Assembly: GCA_013694995.1 (NCBI GenBank)
Contig: JACDBH010000004.1
Span: forward strand, 256,995-320,994
Reading direction: 5' to 3'
DNA: 64,000 bases
DNA from: Candidatus Saccharimonadota bacterium
Lineage (GTDB): Bacteria; Patescibacteriota; Saccharimonadia; Saccharimonadales; JACDBH01
Below, piece after piece: positions 10,209-18,373 of the stretch. The notes under the pieces were generated by a model, which was not told where the DNA came from, searched no databases, and saw nothing but the letters and a program-made list of their open reading frames with translations. The position numbers and the translations under genes are program-made. Position 1 is the stretch's first letter; each line of letters starts with the position of its first letter.

Positions 10209-12236
10209 ATGGCAGAAGAGAGCATCCAGTATTTCAAGGGTGTGGGACCAGCAATTGCTAAGCAGCTATCAACAATCGGGATCAAAACTATAACTGACTT
10301 GCTGGATTATTTGCCACGTACCCACAATGATTATTCGCAAATTACTCCCATAAGCCACATTAGTCCTGGTGTGGTGACGCTAAAGGCCCAATTCAAGCAG
10401 GTTAAAGGCCGATATGTTCGTCGTGGTATGCATATCACCGAAGCGGTGGCTAGTGATGCAACCGGAAGTGTGCGGATAATATGGTTCAACCAGCCTTACC
10501 GAGCGGGTTCAATAAAAACTAACGAAGATTATTATATTACCGGTAAGCTGGAACTGAAGCGCCAGCGGTTCGCAATTGCTAATCCAACCGTTGAGCTAAC
10601 TAGTGACATTCCCGTACATACGGCACGCATCATCCCTATCTATAAGGAGTCAAAGGGTATTACTTCCCAGCTTCTGCGCAAGCTAATGATACAGGCTGTC
10701 GATTCGACCGACCAATTACCTGAAGTTCTACCAACATGGCTAATAAAAAATTATAAGTTGCTTAATTATGGTGAATCAGTCCGCGAGCTACATTTTCCGA
10801 GTTCGGCCGAAAAGCTAAAACTAGCCAAGCGTACGTTTGCTTTGACAGAAGTATTCGAGCTCATGCTTGCATCGCAGCTTAATAAGCAGTTAATCGCTTC
10901 GGAAATAGCACCAGCTATTTCGTTTAACGAAGGCCTTGCTCAATCGTTTATTAGCGTTCTTCCATTTAAGCTAACCGATGCACAACGTAAAGCCGTTTGG
11001 CAGATACTAACTGATATGCAAAAAACTACACCTATGAATCGTTTACTCGAAGGTGACGTTGGATCGGGAAAGACGGTTGTAGCTGCCATGGCAGCCGTAA
11101 TGACGATGCAGGCAGGCTATCAAGTTGCACTGCTAGCCCCGACAGAATTATTAGCCCGCCAGCACGCCGATACTATAACCGAGCTACTTAAACCATTAGG
11201 CTTAGACACGGGTGTGAGTTTACTGATTGGCAGTCATAAAAAACAACAGAAAAACGAAGCTCATGAGCAACTACAAAAGGGTACGATAAAGTTCATTATC
11301 GGCACGCATGCTCTGCTGCAGGAAAAAATTAAACTTAAAAACCTTGGTTTGCTGATTGTAGATGAACAGCATCGTTTTGGCGTTGATCAACGCAAAGAAC
11401 TCCTAAAGCAAAATAGCAAGATGGCCCATGTTTTGAGCATGACTGCGACGCCAATTCCGCGCTCACTGGCTCTGACGCTGTATGGAGAACTCGACATTTC
11501 TTTACTAGACGAAATGCCAGCAGGTCGCAAACCCATTAAAACTAAAATTATTTCACCTAATTCACGTGAATCGATGGACATGCACATCAAAGAAGAATCC
11601 AATAAGAATCACCAGATTTATATTGTTTGTCCGATTATTACGGAAGGATTAGTAAATACAGTCAACGCCGAGGAAATGTATAAGCAACTGGTTAGTAAAT
11701 TCAAAAACTTATCCGTCGGTTTGTTACACGGCAAACTTAAGTCGGTCGAAAAGTCATATATAATGGAAAAGTTTGTAGCCGGTAAACTCAATATACTAGT
11801 CGCTACTACAGTAATTGAAGTCGGTGTTAATGTGCCCAATGCGACTATTATGATCATAGAAGGCGCCGATCGGTTTGGGTTGGCGCAGATGCACCAATTA
11901 AGAGGACGGGTCGGCCGCAGTACAGATCAGGGGTACTGCTATATCGTACCTTCTGACAGTAAAGCACCATCACAGCGCCTTCGGGCTCTAACCCAATCTA
12001 CCAATGGTTTTGAACTGGCTGAACTTGATCTCGAAATCAGGGGGCCAGGAGCAATATATGGGTCATTACAGCATGGAATTTTGGACTTACGTTTTGCCCA
12101 GTTATCCGACCATAAGCTAATTATTGACAGCCGCCGAGCAGTGATAGAATTTATTAATCGGAAAGAAAAACTTTCGTCTTATCCGGTCCTTATGCGGCGG
12201 GTCAGGATGGCGCAAGCGGTTGTAACACTTAACTAA
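10209..12236 (+). CDS. recG: ATP-dependent DNA helicase RecG
   Basis: Wedge/OB N-terminal region, helicase motif I GDVGSGKT, motif II DEQHRFG, RecG-type C-terminus. 675 aa. Confidence 0.92.
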   Translation: MAEESIQYFKGVGPAIAKQLSTIGIKTITDLLDYLPRTHNDYSQITPISHISPGVVTLKAQFKQVKGRYVRRGMHITEAVASDATGSVRIIWFNQPYRAGSIKTNEDYYITGKLELKRQRFAIANPTVELTSDIPVHTARIIPIYKESKGITSQLLRKLMIQAVDSTDQLPEVLPTWLIKNYKLLNYGESVRELHFPSSAEKLKLAKRTFALTEVFELMLASQLNKQLIASEIAPAISFNEGLAQSFISVLPFKLTDAQRKAVWQILTDMQKTTPMNRLLEGDVGSGKTVVAAMAAVMTMQAGYQVALLAPTELLARQHADTITELLKPLGLDTGVSLLIGSHKKQQKNEAHEQLQKGTIKFIIGTHALLQEKIKLKNLGLLIVDEQHRFGVDQRKELLKQNSKMAHVLSMTATPIPRSLALTLYGELDISLLDEMPAGRKPIKTKIISPNSRESMDMHIKEESNKNHQIYIVCPIITEGLVNTVNAEEMYKQLVSKFKNLSVGLLHGKLKSVEKSYIMEKFVAGKLNILVATTVIEVGVNVPNATIMIIEGADRFGLAQMHQLRGRVGRSTDQGYCYIVPSDSKAPSQRLRALTQSTNGFELAELDLEIRGPGAIYGSLQHGILDLRFAQLSDHKLIIDSRRAVIEFINRKEKLSSYPVLMRRVRMAQAVVTLN

Positions 12237-12238
12237 GG

Positions 12239-12244
12239 TATAAT
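12239..12244 (+). promoter_or_regulatory. candidate -10 box TATAAT, 8 nt upstream of the ATG at 12253
   Basis: ctAAGGTATAATtattaaatATG. Confidence 0.3.
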
Positions 12245-12252
12245 TATTAAAT

Positions 12253-13068
12253 ATGTATGCTGGCTTAATTTTAACTCGCTATTCAGGGCGTCTTATGGGC
12301 GCTCATCAGAAGATAGACAGAGTAGCTCGTAGGCATGTCGGTGAACTTTTACCTCGTCCTACTAGCTTTCCCAGGATTGGTGCAATCCTGCAGTTTGAAG
12401 GTAAAAATGGTCCCGATGGTATAAAAAGAAAAAGCCCTAGCCATAATGAGCCATGGCACTTTTTAAACCCATTAGCAGACGATAACGAAGAATTTCTATC
12501 AATTATACGAAATCATTACCAGGCTTTGGTCAAACATCTAAAAAATAAAAATAACGAGCGGGCGTCGTTTGAGGCTGCATGGCTGGCGCATGCTGTAGTT
12601 GATGGACTTACTCCTGCACACCACTACCCATACGAAGACAAAATTAGCGAACTTAGAAATGGAGAAGGCAAAGAAAGCCGTAATTCGATCAGTGAGAAGC
12701 TTATTTTTAGGGGTGACACGACTTCAAAAACGATTTTTAACACGCTTAAGGTTTATGGACCCAAAGGCTTACTGACCGCCCATATTCTGTTTGAGCTAGG
12801 ATTTACGGTCATTATAAAGCCGCTCCGATTGCCAGACGCAAGGCCTGCAGCGAAGGACATGGAGGAGATTTCTAGGTATGGTGCTATGCAATATTTTTTA
12901 CGTAGGGCTCGAGAAATAGCTGTCATGGATATCTTCGAAACTTATATAAGAACCGGCTGGACGCCGAAACTCAGCAGTCAAATCCGTCACAGTTTGGCGC
13001 CGATGATGGTGAAAACTGTCAGTATCCTGTGGTTCCATGCGGCTAAAGAAGCAGGTTTATGCGAATAA
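12253..13068 (+). CDS. hypothetical protein (His/Asp-rich motif AHAVVDGLTPAHH; possible metal-dependent hydrolase fold)
   Basis: 271-aa ORF co-oriented with its neighbours and overlapping rsmD by 10 nt. Family not confidently recognised. Confidence 0.6.
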   Translation: MYAGLILTRYSGRLMGAHQKIDRVARRHVGELLPRPTSFPRIGAILQFEGKNGPDGIKRKSPSHNEPWHFLNPLADDNEEFLSIIRNHYQALVKHLKNKNNERASFEAAWLAHAVVDGLTPAHHYPYEDKISELRNGEGKESRNSISEKLIFRGDTTSKTIFNTLKVYGPKGLLTAHILFELGFTVIIKPLRLPDARPAAKDMEEISRYGAMQYFLRRAREIAVMDIFETYIRTGWTPKLSSQIRHSLAPMMVKTVSILWFHAAKEAGLCE

Positions 13069-13592
13069 TTAGCGGTACCTTAGGAGGGCGTACTTTTAAT
13101 TCGGTGTCTGGACATCGTACCCATCCGATGAGCGAAAAAATCCGCGGCGCCTTATTTAACTCATTGGGCGATATTCAAGGTCTGACAGTCCTGGATGCTT
13201 ATGCAGGGACTGGTGCAATGAGTTTTGAGGCAATTAGCCGCGGTGCACTGCGGAGTGTAGCAATCGATCTAGACACTGCTGCCAGTCGTACGCTTAAAGA
13301 AAACGCTTTTAGCCTAGGTGTCGAGGACAGCATATCAACCACACGCGCTGCTATAAAAGGCTGGAGCCGTCGCCATGCTAACGAGACTTTTGATATCCTC
13401 CTGTTAGACCCCCCATACGATAATTTTGACCCCAAGGAGCTAATTAACCTCACGAAACATGCAAAACAAGGTGGTTTGATAGTTATCTCGTTACCGCCTA
13501 AAAGTGGTTTCCGATACGGTGAAAGTCGCCAAAAGCTACTGCATCAAAAAAGTTACGGTGACGCAGAGTTATTTTTTTACCGCCAGCTGTAA
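13059..13592 (+). CDS. rsmD: 16S rRNA (guanine966-N2)-methyltransferase RsmD
   Basis: 177 aa. RIISGTLGGR N-terminus, DAYAGTGA SAM motif, LLDPPY catalytic motif. Confidence 0.85.
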   Translation: MRIISGTLGGRTFNSVSGHRTHPMSEKIRGALFNSLGDIQGLTVLDAYAGTGAMSFEAISRGALRSVAIDLDTAASRTLKENAFSLGVEDSISTTRAAIKGWSRRHANETFDILLLDPPYDNFDPKELINLTKHAKQGGLIVISLPPKSGFRYGESRQKLLHQKSYGDAELFFYRQL

Positions 13593-13751
13593 TATGTACA
13601 TCACCAGATGAAACTGCTAAAATGCAGCTAACCAAATTCGTGAACTTATACACGAATTTGAGAAAAGAAGGTTTGGTGAAGTTGCTCATAAGGCCAAGCA
13701 AATTTATTTTGTCGGCCCCTAATGTCAACTTTACCATCACATTTCGACGAA

Positions 13752-13835
13752 GGGCGAGTGGTGGAATGGTAGACACGCATGCCTTAGGAGCATGTGCCGC
13801 AAGGTGTGAAGGTTCAAGTCCTTTCTCGCCCACCA
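13752..13835 (+). tRNA. tRNA-Leu (anticodon TAG), class II long variable arm, CCA encoded
   Basis: Manual cloverleaf: acceptor GGGCGAG/CTCGCCC, anticodon stem CATGC/GCATG with loop CTTAGGA, T-loop GGTTCAAGTCC, 3' ACCA. Confidence 0.9.
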
Positions 13836-13865
13836 GTGCTTAAATATCAAAAAGGAGCGTTAAGA

Positions 13866-14237
13866 GTGTCCGAAAAGATTCAGGTATGGAAGCAGCAAGC
13901 TACAGTTGAGTTTCGTGAAAAGCTGCAATTATTAGGCAGAGGCTTCGCTCAATTGGAGTTATTGAAAGAACTTAAAGGCGAACTAGGTGTTGAGGATTTA
14001 TTACTTGCGGCCAATACTTCGTATGGCGCGCCACTGGATGCCCGTGCCATTGCTCAATATGGTATTGAAGCAGCCAAAGCGAACTTTTATCCCAGGGAGA
14101 ATTATAACCAAGACAGCCTGTTTGCCGAATCCATAATAGCGGATATCATAAAACTGGAAAAAACTGACAGAGTAATTGTAGAAAACAATGAATATATCCA
14201 TCGGGATTTTGTCATCCACGCGGCGCAATCACATTAA
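13866..14237 (+). CDS. hypothetical protein
   Basis: GTG start preceded by AAAGGAG (13852-13858). The tracked ORF start at 13794 would overlap tRNA-Leu, so the shorter start is preferred. Confidence 0.5.
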   Translation: MSEKIQVWKQQATVEFREKLQLLGRGFAQLELLKELKGELGVEDLLLAANTSYGAPLDARAIAQYGIEAAKANFYPRENYNQDSLFAESIIADIIKLEKTDRVIVENNEYIHRDFVIHAAQSH

Positions 14238-14274
14238 AACAACCGTATAATTATCACCTAACTGTTGCTTACGC

Positions 14275-14280
14275 TATAAT
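14275..14280 (+). promoter_or_regulatory. candidate -10 box TATAAT, 11 nt upstream of the hisS ATG
   Basis: gcTATAATcttaaacaagtATG, with no Shine-Dalgarno in between. Confidence 0.3.
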
Positions 14281-14291
14281 CTTAAACAAGT

Positions 14292-15599
14292 ATGGCTTTA
14301 TCTATACAATCCTATAAAGGTGCGCGGGATTTTTATCCTGAGGACAAGCGTGTATTGAATGCGATTTTTGAAAAATGGCGTAACGTATGCCTGCGCTTTG
14401 GCTACGAAGAATACGACGCGCCAATTCTAGAACCGGTTGAACTTTATGCAGCCAAATCCGGAGAGGAATTGGTTAATGATCAGTCGTATAGATTCGTTGA
14501 CCGCGGCGGTCGGGAAATAATGCTCCGACCGGAAATGACACCTTCAGTTTCCAGGTTAGTTGCCGGAAAACGGCAGGAACTAACAATGCCACTGAGGTGG
14601 TTTAGTATTCCGTCCTGCTGGAGATATGAAAGGCCGCAAAAGGGTCGCGGACGGGAATTCTATCAGCTCAATGTCGATCTTTTCGGAATAAGTACTTATG
14701 AAGCAGAAGTGGAAATGCTGCAAATGGTTGATGCCTTAATGACTAGCTTTTCCGCAAAGCAAGATACCTACCAGTTAAAAATAAACAGCCGGGTACTTAT
14801 GGATCATATCCTTGGAACCTGGCTTGGGCTTGATGCGGTCGAGCAAAAAACAATCTCCAAACTAATTGATCGGATGCATAAAGTGCCACACCCGGAATTT
14901 ATTGCACTGATTGAAGCGTCTATTGCTCCTAGTCTCCGTGAGCAAGGAGCCGCCGATAAATTGTTACAATTATTAAATACCAAATCTCTAGAAGAATTGC
15001 CGGAAGATCTTCAAAAGCACGATTCGGTTAAGAACCTCAAGCACCTAAAGTCTATAAGTGAAGCATCTGGTATTACAAATGTAGTTTATGACATCACGCT
15101 CATCCGAGGTTTAGATTATTACACAGATTTTGTTTTTGAGGTGTTTGATACCGACCCACAAAATAATCGTTCATTATTCGGTGGTGGACGTTATGATGGA
15201 CTTGTTGGCTTGTTCGGTGTCGAGTCGATCCCGACTATAGGTTTTGCACTAAGTGATGTTACTTTAATGGAATTTCTAAAGGGCCATAATTTAGTACCAA
15301 AGACTAAGGTCGAATCGGAAATTTATATTATCCCTATTGGAGATGTATATGATGGCGCGCTTAGTATCAGCCAGAAATTACGTGGAATGGGCGTAAATAC
15401 CGTCTTGGATATAACTAACCGTAAAATAGACAAGCAATTAAAAAGCGCACTTAAAAAAGAGGTTCCTTACGTGTTATTTATTGGTGAAAAAGAACTAGAA
15501 AATGAACAGTTCACGCTAAAGAAACTAACAACTGGTATAGAGGAAACCCATTCACTGCATAGGATAGTAAGTATCGTGAAAGATCATCGCAAGGCCTAA
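14292..15599 (+). CDS. hisS: histidine--tRNA ligase
   Basis: Class II aaRS motifs (LRPEMT, GGGRYD) and a C-terminal anticodon-binding domain. 435 aa. Confidence 0.92.
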   Translation: MALSIQSYKGARDFYPEDKRVLNAIFEKWRNVCLRFGYEEYDAPILEPVELYAAKSGEELVNDQSYRFVDRGGREIMLRPEMTPSVSRLVAGKRQELTMPLRWFSIPSCWRYERPQKGRGREFYQLNVDLFGISTYEAEVEMLQMVDALMTSFSAKQDTYQLKINSRVLMDHILGTWLGLDAVEQKTISKLIDRMHKVPHPEFIALIEASIAPSLREQGAADKLLQLLNTKSLEELPEDLQKHDSVKNLKHLKSISEASGITNVVYDITLIRGLDYYTDFVFEVFDTDPQNNRSLFGGGRYDGLVGLFGVESIPTIGFALSDVTLMEFLKGHNLVPKTKVESEIYIIPIGDVYDGALSISQKLRGMGVNTVLDITNRKIDKQLKSALKKEVPYVLFIGEKELENEQFTLKKLTTGIEETHSLHRIVSIVKDHRKA

Positions 15600-15651
15600 T
15601 TATAACGCTTAAGGTCGTAAGAACAATCTTAATCTGTTAAAGTATTTTCTT

Positions 15652-16929
15652 ATGCACATATCGCGCACTAATAAGTCTAAAACTGAAACCAAGATGCTAA
15701 TCAGAGCTGAAGCTTCGGAATTACAAAAAGCCAAAGACCTAGCACTTAAAAAGCTTGCACTGCAGGTCAATGTTCCTGGTTTTCGTTCAGGTAAAGTACC
15801 CCTTGCCATAATTGAGAAAAACGTTAACCCTAACTTACTGCAAACCGAAGTTATTGAGGAAACAATAAATACTTTATATGCCTCTGCTGTCCGACAGGAA
15901 GATTTGCGACCAGTTGCAAATCCGGAAATAGCCATAAAAAAATTTGTACCTTTTACTGATTTGGAATTTGAAGTTTTAGTTCCTACTATTGGGGCTATAA
16001 AACTTGGGGACTATACAAAAATTAATCTGGCTAGAAAAACTGTTCAAGTAAGTGACATAGATATTAAAAATGTTATTAAGTCGTTACAACAGAGGGCTGC
16101 GGAGAAAAAGGATGTTCAACGTGCGGCCAAAGATGGTGACCAGGTTTGGATAGATTTTAAAGGTACGGATGATAAAGGTAATCCAGTCCAAGGCGCCGAT
16201 GGGAAGGATTACCCGCTAATTTTAGGTAGTAATACTTTTATACCAGGGTTTGAAGCTAATCTCATTGGTGCTAATACAGGCGAAAGTAGGACTTTTACTT
16301 TAACTTTTCCAAAAGACTACAATGTTAAAGCATTGAAAAGCAAAAAAGTCACCTTTAGAGCAACTGTAACCAAAGTCCAGGAAGTTATAGAACCTACAGT
16401 CGACGATGTATTTGCTTCAAAAATTGGACCATTTAAGACAGTTTCTGAACTCAAAAGCGATATAAAGAAACAACTAGTCTTTGAACGTAGTCGTGAAGCT
16501 GAAACAGCTTACGAAAATGAACTTTTACAAAAAATAGCCGACAAAACCATGATTGAAATTCCTGAAATGTTAATAAATGAGCAAATAGACCGTATCGAGC
16601 AGGAAGAGAAACAAAACCTAACCTACCGGGGACAGACGTGGGAGGAGCACCTGAAAGAAGAAGGCGTAACGGCAGAAGAACACCGGGAGCAGAAGCATCC
16701 GGTAGCCGACCAGAGGGTTAAAATAGGAGTACTTTTATCTGAAATTGCCGAAAAAGAACAAGTTGTTGTTACGCCAGAAGAAGTCGAAATCCGCTTACAA
16801 CTAATGAAGGGGCAATACCGTGACGCAGCCGCTCAATCCGAATTAGAAAAACCGGAGGCGCTACGTGATATTGCAACTAGAATCAAGACCGAAAAAACTC
16901 TGGAACGGATTAAATCTTATCAGAAATGA
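15652..16929 (+). CDS. tig: trigger factor
   Basis: N-terminal ribosome-binding signature GFRSGKVP, FKBP-type middle domain, helical C-terminal domain. TGA stop overlaps the next ATG. Confidence 0.87.
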   Translation: MHISRTNKSKTETKMLIRAEASELQKAKDLALKKLALQVNVPGFRSGKVPLAIIEKNVNPNLLQTEVIEETINTLYASAVRQEDLRPVANPEIAIKKFVPFTDLEFEVLVPTIGAIKLGDYTKINLARKTVQVSDIDIKNVIKSLQQRAAEKKDVQRAAKDGDQVWIDFKGTDDKGNPVQGADGKDYPLILGSNTFIPGFEANLIGANTGESRTFTLTFPKDYNVKALKSKKVTFRATVTKVQEVIEPTVDDVFASKIGPFKTVSELKSDIKKQLVFERSREAETAYENELLQKIADKTMIEIPEMLINEQIDRIEQEEKQNLTYRGQTWEEHLKEEGVTAEEHREQKHPVADQRVKIGVLLSEIAEKEQVVVTPEEVEIRLQLMKGQYRDAAAQSELEKPEALRDIATRIKTEKTLERIKSYQK

Positions 16930-17516
16930 CAGACGACGCCGCTTTTGAATTGGGTGGAGCCAAGAATTACTTAGCAACAAGTAAAGAGATAGAGCTTGCT
17001 GACTACGCCGCAATTATTACGGCAGATTTTCCGGGAGTTACTTTCTTTGTGTGCAGCATCCTGGAACGGGACATTTCTATAGAGGAAAAAAATGCTTATT
17101 TAACGGCAATCGATAACAAAGCTATTTTGGGGCGCGAACACGCCATAGCAACAATGATACCGGAAGAAATTTCACCTTGGTCAAATCAAATGAATTTTCA
17201 AACTTCCAAAAACTTAGTTGACCCATGTAACACAACAATATTTTACGACCAAGATAATGAAACGGGTAAAATTAGTTTATTTCAAGCATGGGGTAGGACA
17301 ACAGCAAACCGTTGGGAGGTGGAATCGCACCGTCAACCCCGAAGAGCATTAAGAATAATAGGTAATATTGCTATGAGCAGTGTGATAGCGGCTATGGCTT
17401 ATCGGGCCAATGTCGGGCAAAACCTATTGCCCTCCGATCCAGGACAACTAGCTATTGAAGCAATGATATTTAGTAGCGGGCTATCTCTTTCGTTTACTGC
17501 TAAGCATTATTTATAA
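16926..17516 (+). CDS. hypothetical protein with C-terminal hydrophobic helices, translationally coupled to tig
   Basis: 196-aa ORF whose ATG overlaps the tig TGA (ATGA). C-terminal segments IIGNIAMSSVIAAMAY and AIEAMIFSSGLSLSF. No recognised family. Confidence 0.55.
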   Translation: MTDDAAFELGGAKNYLATSKEIELADYAAIITADFPGVTFFVCSILERDISIEEKNAYLTAIDNKAILGREHAIATMIPEEISPWSNQMNFQTSKNLVDPCNTTIFYDQDNETGKISLFQAWGRTTANRWEVESHRQPRRALRIIGNIAMSSVIAAMAYRANVGQNLLPSDPGQLAIEAMIFSSGLSLSFTAKHYL

Positions 17517-17566
17517 ATTAGCACTCTATATTGACGAGTGCCAATTTGCAGAGTATATTATTGTTT

Positions 17567-18166
17567 ATGATGATTAAGCCACAATCAACCCTTATTCCGA
17601 CTGTTATCGAACAAGAGGGCCGTATGGAAAGAGCCTATGATATTTATTCTAGGCTTCTAAAAGACCGGATTATATTTATGGGTGAAGATGTAAATCCCCA
17701 CACCGCTAACCTTATCGTAGCCCAAATATTATTTCTTGATAATCAATCAAGCGATAATCCAGTACATTTATATATTAATAGCCCGGGTGGCAGCGTGTAT
17801 GATGCTCTCGCAATTTATGACACTATGAAGTTTGTAAAATCTCCGATTCACACATACGGAATCGGCATGCAAGCCAGCGCGGCAGCTTTTATACTTAGTT
17901 CTGGGCAAAAGGGTAAACGATTTTTGTTACCTCATGCAACCGTCATGATTCACCAACCAAGCTCTGGCACGAGGGGTAAAGTTACTGACCAGGAAATTGA
18001 TCTTAAAGAATCTTTGCGGGTGAAGAAATTGCTCGAAAATATTATGGCTAAAAATACAGGCCAAAAAATTGAGCGCATTCACGAAGACATGGAGCGAGAT
18101 AAGTGGCTTGATGCTGAAGAAGCTAAAGACTACGGTATTGTCGATCAAGTCATAAAGTCTTTGTAA
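17567..18166 (+). CDS. clpP: ATP-dependent Clp protease proteolytic subunit ClpP
   Basis: LIPTVIEQEGRMERAYDIYSRLLKDRIIF. Catalytic Ser in GMQASAAAF and His in MIHQP. The start is placed at the ATG-ATG at 17567 rather than the tracked TTG at 17531. Confidence 0.9.
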   Translation: MMIKPQSTLIPTVIEQEGRMERAYDIYSRLLKDRIIFMGEDVNPHTANLIVAQILFLDNQSSDNPVHLYINSPGGSVYDALAIYDTMKFVKSPIHTYGIGMQASAAAFILSSGQKGKRFLLPHATVMIHQPSSGTRGKVTDQEIDLKESLRVKKLLENIMAKNTGQKIERIHEDMERDKWLDAEEAKDYGIVDQVIKSL

Positions 18167-18373
18167 AATTTAAGCTATAATTAGCAAACTTTATGGTTGA
18201 CTTTATAAGATACTTCTATCACACTAATTATTAAGAAGTAGTGTAGGTAGCGGCTGTGCTCATGTTCTCTCGAGAAGAGTACCAAAAACGACCGTTCCAG
18301 GGTAGCTTCGGCCGGACAAACAGGTGTAATAATGTAATATTTATAACAATCTAAGTGGGAGCACTTTTTTAGT

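Noticed and set aside
13794-13865. N-terminal part of tracked ORF 13794..14237
   Set aside because: It overlaps tRNA-Leu (13752-13835). An in-frame GTG at 13866 with an AAAGGAG Shine-Dalgarno gives a cleaner gene model.
18167-18373. 207-nt spacer upstream of rpoB, considered as a possible ncRNA (SRP or 6S-like) or structured leader
   Set aside because: I saw only short, unconvincing helices such as GCTTCGGC, and no SRP domain IV or other recognisable motif. It is probably the promoter and 5' UTR. The minus-strand ORF 18181..18414 there has no support.
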